Origin: Fibrobacter succinogenes subsp. succinogenes S85
GTDB lineage: Bacteria; Fibrobacterota; Fibrobacteria; Fibrobacterales; Fibrobacteraceae
Assembly: GCF_000146505.1 (NCBI RefSeq)
Contig: NC_017448.1
Span: forward strand, 3,810,001-3,842,000
Reading direction: 5' to 3'
DNA length: 32,000 nucleotides
Shown here one piece after another: positions 15,519-22,866 of this stretch. Within the stretch, counting starts at the first letter, position 1; each line of letters begins with the position of its first letter. The notes under the pieces are model-generated. The model was not told where the DNA came from. It saw only the letters and a list, made by a program, of their open reading frames with translations, and searched no databases. The position numbers were made by a program, and so were the translations under genes.

Positions 15519-15959
15519 ATGGCACAAGTAAGTTTTAGACCTGCTCGCGTCTTTGCGATGCAGTTGCTTTACGCAATGGAAATTTCTGGCGGTACGGTCG
15601 CTGATGCACTCCCGGGTGTTCTGGAAGCCCAGCCGCTCCAGGACAACATGAAAAAGTACGGCATGAAGCTTGTCGACTTGGTCCTTGCTCACAAGGCCGA
15701 ACTCGATTCCGAAATTGAAGCCTGCTCCGCTCATTGGGGAATTGAGCGCATGGCGACTCTCGACAGGATTGTGCTGCGCATCGCGATGGTCGAACTTTTG
15801 TATGTTCCTGAAATCCCGATGAAGGTGGTCATCTCTGAAGCTGTTCAGGTGGCTGCTAAGTTCAGCACGGATTCTTCGGGTACGTTCGTGAACGGACTCC
15901 TCGCCGGATTCTTGCAGAAGCGTGGCATGGTTGCAAACAATACTAAGAAGGATGCTTAA
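15519..15959 (+). CDS. nusB: Transcription antitermination factor NusB
   Basis: RPARVFAMQLLYAME is a NusB-like N-terminus. The C-terminal FVNGLL motif and the conserved ribH-nusB adjacency both support the call. Confidence 0.85.
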   Translation: MAQVSFRPARVFAMQLLYAMEISGGTVADALPGVLEAQPLQDNMKKYGMKLVDLVLAHKAELDSEIEACSAHWGIERMATLDRIVLRIAMVELLYVPEIPMKVVISEAVQVAAKFSTDSSGTFVNGLLAGFLQKRGMVANNTKKDA

Positions 15960-15964
15960 TTTTT

Positions 15965-18900
15965 ATGAAGATTAACGAGAAGTGGCATAAGCACATCTTT
16001 GCCGGTATCGCTGGCTTTATTGCATTGATCGTTTACATGATGACGATGGCCCCGACGGTCTCTTTCTGGGACTGCGGTGAATTCGTCGCCTGCGCTAACA
16101 CACTTGGCATTCCGCATCCTCCTGGAACGCCGTTCTTCGTGTTCTTTGCCCGTGCGGTCATTCTCCTTTTGCCGTTCGTGGGCGAAATCGCAAAGCGCGT
16201 GAACTACATCTCTGTGGTGAGTTCTGCCGCAACGGTCTATGTGACAGCCCTCTTTGCCTGGGAACTTTTGGCAACGGTCCTCAAGACTGACAGCCTTGCC
16301 GAAAAGATTTCTGAAAAGATGCGCACGTTTGTGCTCGGCACTGCCGCTCTCGTCGCTGGCTTCCTCCTCACGTTCTCCGATACGTTCTGGTTCAACGCGG
16401 TCGAAGCTGAAGTCTATGGCGTTGCCATGTTCATCTTGATGCTTGTCTCTTACCTCGGTCTCGTGTGGTACAACAAGCGCGAAGAATCGGGTAGCGACCG
16501 CATCCTCATCTTCATTTGCTATATCGCATTCCTTGGCGTTGGCGCTCACCTTTACACGATGCTCACTGTCCCGGCTGTGTTTGCCTTGCTTCTCGTGGCT
16601 CAGCCGAAAAAGATTGTTGAACGCATCCCTATCTGGATTACGGGTACGCTCCTTTGCTCCGTGATTTACATGGTCTCTGCTTTCATTGAAATCTCGCTTT
16701 TCTGCCTTGTCGTACTTTCTCTTGTGGTCTTTGTGCCTGCTATCCGTAGCGTTTTCCCGGCTCGCGTGAACCATGCGTTCAAGCTTTCGCTTGCCTTTGC
16801 GTTCTTTGCTTTGGTCGGCTACAGCACGCACCTCTACATCCCGATCCGTTCGGAACTCAACCCGACGATTGACGAAAACGACCCGGAACTGAACATCCGC
16901 GACGAACAGGGCAACCTCCAGCTCGGCAACCTCTTCGAAGCCAAAAACTGGGAAGCTTTCAATGCGTTCATTGAACGTAAGCAGTATGGTTCCGAAAGCA
17001 TGATTACCCGTGCTTTCTACCGTCGTTCCCAGATTGCTCACCAGGTGCTCTCTTTCCCGAGCATGAGCTATGGTGGTTACCAGATGGCTCAGTACCTGCC
17101 GACTAAGGTGGGCGGGGTGAATTACGCTAATGGTGTTTACGCTTTTGATGCTTCCGAAAATGAACCGATTGAACGTTTGGGATTCAAGTTCCCGACGCAG
17201 ATGTCGTTCATGGGCGACAATACCTTTATGCAGCTCTTTTTCTTCTTGCTGTTTAACGGTCTCCTGGTTGCAACTTGCGTGTACGTTTACAAGCGCAACA
17301 AGCATGTGGGTATCTTTATTTCGTCGCTTTATGCCCTTTGCTCTCTTGGTCTCCTGTTCTACATCAACTTTGCCGATGGCACCCGCATGGAACAGCGCGA
17401 CCGCGACTACTGGGTGAGCGCTATGACGCGCAATGTGGCCGACCTGAACAACGCCGGTGCGGGCATTACATCTCTCCCGGACCCGAACGAACTCATTGAC
17501 CTTCGCCAGGAGATTGAGACTGCCAAGTACAGGATTGAACGCCTCCGCATGCGTAATGCGCCGGCATCGCAGATTGTTGAATTCGAAAGGAAGATTAGCG
17601 CTGCCGAAAATACCACAGCTTGGAAGAACTGGCAGAAGATTGAAGAAAGCTTTGCCCGCTTTGGCCAGCGCGCTCCGTTCCCGGAAGCTGTCCACATGGA
17701 AGTCCGTGAACGTGACTACTTCTACACGCCGGCTTTCATCTTCATGAGCATGATTTACGGTATCGGCGCAGGTATCCTTGTGCTCCTTGCCGCAACGACT
17801 ACAACAACGGCCGCCTTCGCCTCTCCGATTGCAGCTGCTCTCGTGCTCGTCTCTTTACTTGTCCCGTGCATTTCGAACTACAAGGAACATGACCGTTCCG
17901 GCCTCTGGGTTCCTTGGGATTACGCCTACAACCTCCTCAACAGCTGCCGTCCGAACGCCATCCTCTTCACGAATGGCGATAACGACACGTTCCCGCTGTG
18001 GTTTGCTCAGGAAGTTGCCGGTGTCCGTAAGGACGTCCGCGTGGTGAACCTCTCCTTGGGTAACACCGACTGGTACATCAAGCAGATGCTCACGAACGAG
18101 CCGGTTCTCAAGCTTTCTTACAACAAGGAAACCATCGACAACGACATGGTCCTTGACAATAGCAGCGCCAACAACCCGAACCACCAGGTTGCTACTTGGG
18201 TTCGCCGTGCCGAAGCCTTGAAGCCGAAGCTCAAGGAACGTATTGATCAGATGGAAGCTAAGGGCTACCTCTCTGATGCCGATTCTGCAAAGCTTCTCCA
18301 GTTCAAGGTGAACTACCAGGTCTGGGATGCATTCCTCGATTGGGCCAAGAAGTATCGCTCCAGCATGATGCTCACGCAGTACAAGCTCGTGATTGATCTT
18401 GCTCTCCAGAACATGGACCGCCCGATTGAAATCTCGACGACTGTCGGCAATTCGAACTTCATGGGCCTTGAAAAGTACATGGTCCAGGAAGGTATGGTCT
18501 ATAACTTTGTGAAGGGCGACCTCACGCCGAAGCAGAACGCCTTTGATGCCAAGGTTACGGCAGCCATGATCGACACCGTTTACAAGTTCCGCGGTCTCGG
18601 TGACGGTTCTGCTTACATCAACTCCGAAACGGAACGTTTGCTCAGCAGCTATGTCTCGCTCTACTTGCAGATTTCGTTCGACGCTCGTGAAAAGATTGCT
18701 GCCCTCGTGACCAAGAAGCCGTTTACCAGTGCTGACAAGGCCGAAGTCGAAAGAATTGCTACCGACGCCGCCAAGTACCTCGAACTCGGCATTTACCAGT
18801 TCCCGAGAGAATGGCGCAACTACTGGGCCGCCTCTTACGTTTATGCCTCTGCAGGCATGAAGGATAAGGCTGTCGATGTTATTGAACGCGGCCTTAAGAA

Positions 18901-19042
18901 CATTCCTGCATACGATGGTCCGGGCCAGAACCGCCTTGCAATGAGCCTCAAGCAGATTGAAGCGATTACTGAGGATTTGCTCAAGGTCGATGAAGCTCCA
19001 GCTGATGCTCCTGCTGCTGACGCCGCTCCTTCTGTAAATTAG
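15965..19042 (+). CDS. DUF2723 / TMEM260-like GT-C fold membrane glycosyltransferase with a large C-terminal soluble (TPR-like) region (1025 aa)
   Basis: The N-terminal APTVSFWDCGEFVACANTLGIPHPPGTPFF matches the DUF2723 signature (DxGE ... HPPG). It has about 10 or more TM segments and a long hydrophilic C-terminus. Confidence 0.75.
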   Translation: MKINEKWHKHIFAGIAGFIALIVYMMTMAPTVSFWDCGEFVACANTLGIPHPPGTPFFVFFARAVILLLPFVGEIAKRVNYISVVSSAATVYVTALFAWELLATVLKTDSLAEKISEKMRTFVLGTAALVAGFLLTFSDTFWFNAVEAEVYGVAMFILMLVSYLGLVWYNKREESGSDRILIFICYIAFLGVGAHLYTMLTVPAVFALLLVAQPKKIVERIPIWITGTLLCSVIYMVSAFIEISLFCLVVLSLVVFVPAIRSVFPARVNHAFKLSLAFAFFALVGYSTHLYIPIRSELNPTIDENDPELNIRDEQGNLQLGNLFEAKNWEAFNAFIERKQYGSESMITRAFYRRSQIAHQVLSFPSMSYGGYQMAQYLPTKVGGVNYANGVYAFDASENEPIERLGFKFPTQMSFMGDNTFMQLFFFLLFNGLLVATCVYVYKRNKHVGIFISSLYALCSLGLLFYINFADGTRMEQRDRDYWVSAMTRNVADLNNAGAGITSLPDPNELIDLRQEIETAKYRIERLRMRNAPASQIVEFERKISAAENTTAWKNWQKIEESFARFGQRAPFPEAVHMEVRERDYFYTPAFIFMSMIYGIGAGILVLLAATTTTTAAFASPIAAALVLVSLLVPCISNYKEHDRSGLWVPWDYAYNLLNSCRPNAILFTNGDNDTFPLWFAQEVAGVRKDVRVVNLSLGNTDWYIKQMLTNEPVLKLSYNKETIDNDMVLDNSSANNPNHQVATWVRRAEALKPKLKERIDQMEAKGYLSDADSAKLLQFKVNYQVWDAFLDWAKKYRSSMMLTQYKLVIDLALQNMDRPIEISTTVGNSNFMGLEKYMVQEGMVYNFVKGDLTPKQNAFDAKVTAAMIDTVYKFRGLGDGSAYINSETERLLSSYVSLYLQISFDAREKIAALVTKKPFTSADKAEVERIATDAAKYLELGIYQFPREWRNYWAASYVYASAGMKDKAVDVIERGLKNIPAYDGPGQNRLAMSLKQIEAITEDLLKVDEAPADAPAADAAPSVN

Positions 19043-19058
19043 TTCTCGAGGTATTGTC

Positions 19059-19997
19059 ATGGATTTGAGCTTGGTTATCCCTGTTAAGGAAGAAAGTGAA
19101 AACCTTCCTGAGTTGTTTAAGGAAATTTGGGCCGCCATTCAGCCGACCGGTATGGAATTCGAGGTTATCGTTATCGATGACGGTAGCCGCGACAATACCT
19201 GGGAAGTGGTGGAGGGGTTGGCCAAGGAATACAACGCTATGCCGGGTTCCTCGGTAAGCGCATTCCGTTTCCAGTTCAACTGCGGCAAGGCCGCGGCGCT
19301 CGCCCTTGGCTTTTCCAAGGCTCGTGGCAAGTACGTAGCCACGCTCGATGGCGACTTGCAGGATGACCCGCTCGAAATCCCGAAGATGATCAAGATTCTC
19401 GAATCCGGTTACGACCTCGTTTCCGGCTGGAAGATTCGCCGCCTCGATCCGTGGCACAAGACGATGCCTTCCAAGCTTTTCAATTTGACCGTGTCGATTG
19501 TCTGCGGCAAGCGCCTTCACGATTTCAACTGCGGCATCAAGGCATACCGCAGTTCCGTGGTCCGCTTTATCCAGCTTTACGGCGACTACCACCGCTTTAT
19601 CCCGGTGATGGCCAAGTGGCAGGGCTTCCGCATTACAGAAATGCCGGTGGCGCACCGCGCCCGAGTTCATGGAGTCTCGAAGTATGGCGTTTCCCGCCTA
19701 GTGAGCGGATTCCTTGACTTGGTCTCCCTCATGTTCATGCGTAGCTTCTCCTCGAAGCCGCTCCATTTCTTTGGCCTTTTCGGGCTGTTGCTGCTCGTTT
19801 TTGGCCTTGGCATTTGCGGCTATTTTGGCTATGAATGGATACAGACGGGGGCAATGCACGTGCGTCCGCTCTTGTTGGCTGGCGCCTTCTCGCTTGTCAT
19901 GAGCGTCCAGTTCTTCTCGCTTGGGCTCCTTGGCGAAATGATGAATGGCAATAAAAAACGCACTTATCCGGTTTCTGATGTCATTGGCCAGTTGTAA
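19059..19997 (+). CDS. GT2 polyprenyl-phosphate glycosyltransferase (GtrB/ArnC-like) with two C-terminal TM helices
   Basis: VIPVKEE...VIVIDDGSRDNT...LDGDLQDDP (the DxD-type motif), plus a two-TM C-terminal hairpin typical of GtrB-like enzymes. Confidence 0.8.
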   Translation: MDLSLVIPVKEESENLPELFKEIWAAIQPTGMEFEVIVIDDGSRDNTWEVVEGLAKEYNAMPGSSVSAFRFQFNCGKAAALALGFSKARGKYVATLDGDLQDDPLEIPKMIKILESGYDLVSGWKIRRLDPWHKTMPSKLFNLTVSIVCGKRLHDFNCGIKAYRSSVVRFIQLYGDYHRFIPVMAKWQGFRITEMPVAHRARVHGVSKYGVSRLVSGFLDLVSLMFMRSFSSKPLHFFGLFGLLLLVFGLGICGYFGYEWIQTGAMHVRPLLLAGAFSLVMSVQFFSLGLLGEMMNGNKKRTYPVSDVIGQL

Positions 19998-20030
19998 TTT
20001 TGTATAGATTTGTGTTTAGAGAGGTATTTA

Positions 20031-20744
20031 ATGGCGTTTCCTAAGAGTTTGGTAATCATTCCGACTTACAATGAGAAGGAGAATATTCTCCTCATCATGT
20101 CGGCGATTTTGGAACAGAATGAATGTCTTGAAATTTTGGTGGTGGACGATGGCTCTCCGGACGGTACGGGCGACCTCGTTCAGGCCGAAGCGGACAAGAA
20201 TTCACGAATTCATTTGATTCGCCGTAAGGGCAAAATGGGCCTTGGCTCCGCTTATGTGACTGGATTCAAGTGGGCACTCGAACGTGATTACGAACGCGTG
20301 TTCGAAATGGATGCCGACTTCAGCCATTCTCCGACGGACTTGAACCGCTTCCTGGAAACTGCCGAAAATGCCGACCTCGTGCTAGGTAGCCGCTATCAGG
20401 ACCACCGCATCAGCGTGGTGAACTGGGACTTGCGCCGCCTCATTTTGAGCTATGGTGCAAATGTCTATACCCGCATTGTGACGGGCCTCCCAATTAGCGA
20501 TGCGACGGGCGGCTTCAAGTGCTTCCGCCGCGAAGCGCTGCAGGCTTTGAACCTCGACAAGATGAAGAGTGACGGTTACTGCTTCCAGATTGAAACGACT
20601 TTCAAGATTTGGAAGAAGGGCCTTCGCGTCAAGGAAATCCCCATCATCTTTACGGACCGCACACGTGGCACCTCCAAGATGAGTGGTGGAATCATCTCCG
20701 AAGCGTTCTTCCTCGTGCTGAAACTACGATTAGGACTGGCTTAG
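20031..20744 (+). CDS. Polyprenol-phosphate mannose synthase-like GT2 (Dpm1/Ppm1-like, soluble type)
   Basis: IIPTYNEKENI...LVVDDGSPDGT...MDADFSHSP, approximately 238 aa. SD GAGAGG precedes ATG 20031; the tracked TTG 20010 is less likely. Confidence 0.8.
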   Translation: MAFPKSLVIIPTYNEKENILLIMSAILEQNECLEILVVDDGSPDGTGDLVQAEADKNSRIHLIRRKGKMGLGSAYVTGFKWALERDYERVFEMDADFSHSPTDLNRFLETAENADLVLGSRYQDHRISVVNWDLRRLILSYGANVYTRIVTGLPISDATGGFKCFRREALQALNLDKMKSDGYCFQIETTFKIWKKGLRVKEIPIIFTDRTRGTSKMSGGIISEAFFLVLKLRLGLA

Positions 20745-20777
20745 GTATGGGCGCGCTTCGCTTTGAGCTATGGGGTC

Positions 20778-20800
20778 GCCTTGCTTTGCAAGGCTTTGGG
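20778..20800 (+). terminator. Weak terminator-like hairpin after the Dpm1-like gene
   Basis: GCCTTGC-ttt-GCAAGGC followed by TTTGGG. Confidence 0.3.
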
Positions 20801-20910
20801 CAAAATCAAGACGACTTCAATATCAAACAATAATGATGTTCCTTTAAGCAATAACCCCACACCCCAAAGCATCCCATAAGGGATGCGAGCCCACAACCTC
20901 ATAACCCGCT

Positions 20911-22545
20911 ATGCTTTCCTGTTCCGTCATTATCATTGCTTATAACTCTTGCGACTTCATTCCGGCATGCCTCAAGTCTGTGCGCGATGCTTGCGAAGGA
21001 ATCGATTCGCAAATTATTGTTTTGGATAACGGTTCCAACGAGCCGATTATTCCCGAAATCAAGAACTTCTTCCCGGAAGTGGAATGGATTGACTCCAAGG
21101 AAAATTTGGGCTTTGGTAAAGGCTGTAACCTCGCTGAAAAGCATGCGACTAAGCCGTATCTGTTCTTTATCAATCCGGATACGATCATTTCGAAGAACGC
21201 TTTCCGCGAAATGCTCCAGTTCATGGGAGAACATCCGGATGCAGGTACTGTCGGTTGCCGTATTCTGAACGAAGATGGAACGCTCCAGTGGGCATGCCGC
21301 CGCTCTTTCCCGACGATTGTTTCTGCAGTGTCGAAGACGATAGGTCTTGCTGCACTTTTCCCGAAGAGCAAGACGCTCGCCAGCTATAACATGACGTACG
21401 CCGATCCGGACGAGATGATTGAAGTTGATGCCGTGAGTGGCTCCTTCTTCTGCATCCGTCGTGACGTTTATGAAAAGTTGAACGGCTTTGACGAAGACTT
21501 CTTTATGTATGGTGAAGACCTTGATCTTTGCTTTAGAACAAAGAAAATGGGGCTCCACAACTATTACACTCCGGTCACGAACATCCTGCATTTTAAGGGG
21601 CAGAGTTGCCGTACGCGCCGTTGGGGCTCGTATGTAGACTTCTACAAGGCGATGCTTATCTTTGTGAAAAAGCACAAGGACCTTTATTTTGTCCCGAATT
21701 TCCTTGTGTCTTTCGGTATTCTGTTTGCCGCATTCGTGGGCATGTTCTCGCGCCTTATCCCAAAGTTCTGGAAGATGTTCCTCGACTTGGGCGTGGTTGC
21801 CATTTGGGCTTTCTTCATTCTCTGTTACGAAGCAGGTATGGTTTCCACGAGCGACAATGTTGTTATCCATAATGGCTTTGATGACTGGATTTTGGCTGTC
21901 TTAGTGGTTGTCCTGAATCTCGTGTTCCTCATGTTCCGTGGGGAATATACGGTTTCAAGTCTCAAGGGCGAAAAGTTCTTGCGTTACTTGATTCCTTTGA
22001 ACTTGCTCATTGTCGGTGGGTATTCGGCGTTCCGCTACTTCACCCAAAGCCCTGTTGTCATTGATTCTTCGGCCTATTTGCCGTACGATTCCCATTGGAT
22101 GACGCTTGCGGTCTGCTCCAGCCTCTTCATCCCGTTTGCGCTTTTGGCTTGGCGTCGCGTCGCGTTCTGGATAAACTATTTCTACCGCATCTTTGCGAAG
22201 AAGCGTCACCGCTCCATCTTGCTGGGTGGCCGCGAAGATTCCCTCAACAACTGGTTCGATAGCTACAACGTGATTCCGGGTATTGAAATTCTCGGATGCG
22301 TGAGTTCTGAACCTGAAAAGTTGAGCGAAGAAAACCGCAAGCATCTCCTTGGCCCGCTTTCGGACATGGAGTCCATTTGCAACCGCACGGGCTGCCGCGA
22401 GCTTTTGGTGGTCTCGAATTTCTCGGGTTACCGCGAAGAATTCAACATCAACTGGCTTGATAAACTGGGCATGTGCGTGTATTTGCTCATCGGAAATGGC
22501 AAAAACGGCAATTTTGCCCTCGTAAACCTCAAATATCTTCGTTAA
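20911..22545 (+). CDS. GT2 glycosyltransferase fused to a polytopic membrane region and a C-terminal Rossmann-like segment (544 aa)
   Basis: The N-terminus VIIIAYNS...VLDNGSNE...YGEDLDLCFR is a GT2 (rhamnosyltransferase-like) domain. It is followed by about 6 TM segments, then ILLGGRED...VIPGIEILGCV, which resembles the pre-catalytic domain of polyprenyl glycosylphosphotransferases. Confidence 0.7.
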   Translation: MLSCSVIIIAYNSCDFIPACLKSVRDACEGIDSQIIVLDNGSNEPIIPEIKNFFPEVEWIDSKENLGFGKGCNLAEKHATKPYLFFINPDTIISKNAFREMLQFMGEHPDAGTVGCRILNEDGTLQWACRRSFPTIVSAVSKTIGLAALFPKSKTLASYNMTYADPDEMIEVDAVSGSFFCIRRDVYEKLNGFDEDFFMYGEDLDLCFRTKKMGLHNYYTPVTNILHFKGQSCRTRRWGSYVDFYKAMLIFVKKHKDLYFVPNFLVSFGILFAAFVGMFSRLIPKFWKMFLDLGVVAIWAFFILCYEAGMVSTSDNVVIHNGFDDWILAVLVVVLNLVFLMFRGEYTVSSLKGEKFLRYLIPLNLLIVGGYSAFRYFTQSPVVIDSSAYLPYDSHWMTLAVCSSLFIPFALLAWRRVAFWINYFYRIFAKKRHRSILLGGREDSLNNWFDSYNVIPGIEILGCVSSEPEKLSEENRKHLLGPLSDMESICNRTGCRELLVVSNFSGYREEFNINWLDKLGMCVYLLIGNGKNGNFALVNLKYLR

Positions 22546-22608
22546 AAATCGCCCTTTTTTATAAAAATGTGTTATTTTTTTAACGAAATAACACTATTAA
22601 AAGGTTTT

Positions 22609-22866
22609 ATGCTCGATTCTAAATTGTTAAGTATTCTTTGCTGCCCGGAAACTCGTCAACCTCTTTCCCAGGCGGGCGAGGACTGCATCGCTCTTTTGAA
22701 CAATGCTATTAAAGCTGGTACGCTCAAGAATGTTGCCGGCGAAGCTATTACTGAACCCCTGGCCGAAGCGCTTACGACTCCTGATGGTTCTCGAGTCTAT
22801 CCGGTTCGTGAAGGCATTCCTGTACTTTTAGCGGATGAAGCTATTCTTCTTCCATTGGAGAAATGA
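22609..22866 (+). CDS. Trm112/YcaR-family small protein
   Basis: LLSILCCPETRQPL ... YPVREGIPVLLADEA is the family signature. ATG 22609 is preferred. The stop overlaps the next start (ATGA). Confidence 0.8.
   Translation: MLDSKLLSILCCPETRQPLSQAGEDCIALLNNAIKAGTLKNVAGEAITEPLAEALTTPDGSRVYPVREGIPVLLADEAILLPLEK

Noticed and set aside
13719-19138. Long - strand ORFs (13719-15014, 15956-17695, 17855-19138) antisense to ribBA and the DUF2723 gene
   Set aside because: Their translations have an implausible composition (Arg/His/Glu runs). No start context was checked for them. They fully overlap + strand genes that have strong family signatures.
20609-20833. 74-aa ORF overlapping the 3' end of the Dpm1-like gene and extending into the spacer
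   Set aside because: It is off-frame to a well-supported gene and has no start context or motif.
20869-20886. 7-bp hairpin GCATCCC-ataa-GGGATGC upstream of the GT2 fusion gene, considered as a terminator
   Set aside because: No U-tract follows it on either strand, and I can assign no function. The weaker stem at 20778-20794 followed by TTTGGG is a better, though still weak, terminator candidate.
20899-21870. 323-aa - strand ORF, and small + strand ORFs overlapping the GT2 fusion gene
   Set aside because: They are antisense or off-frame to a gene with clear GT2 motifs and carry no independent evidence.
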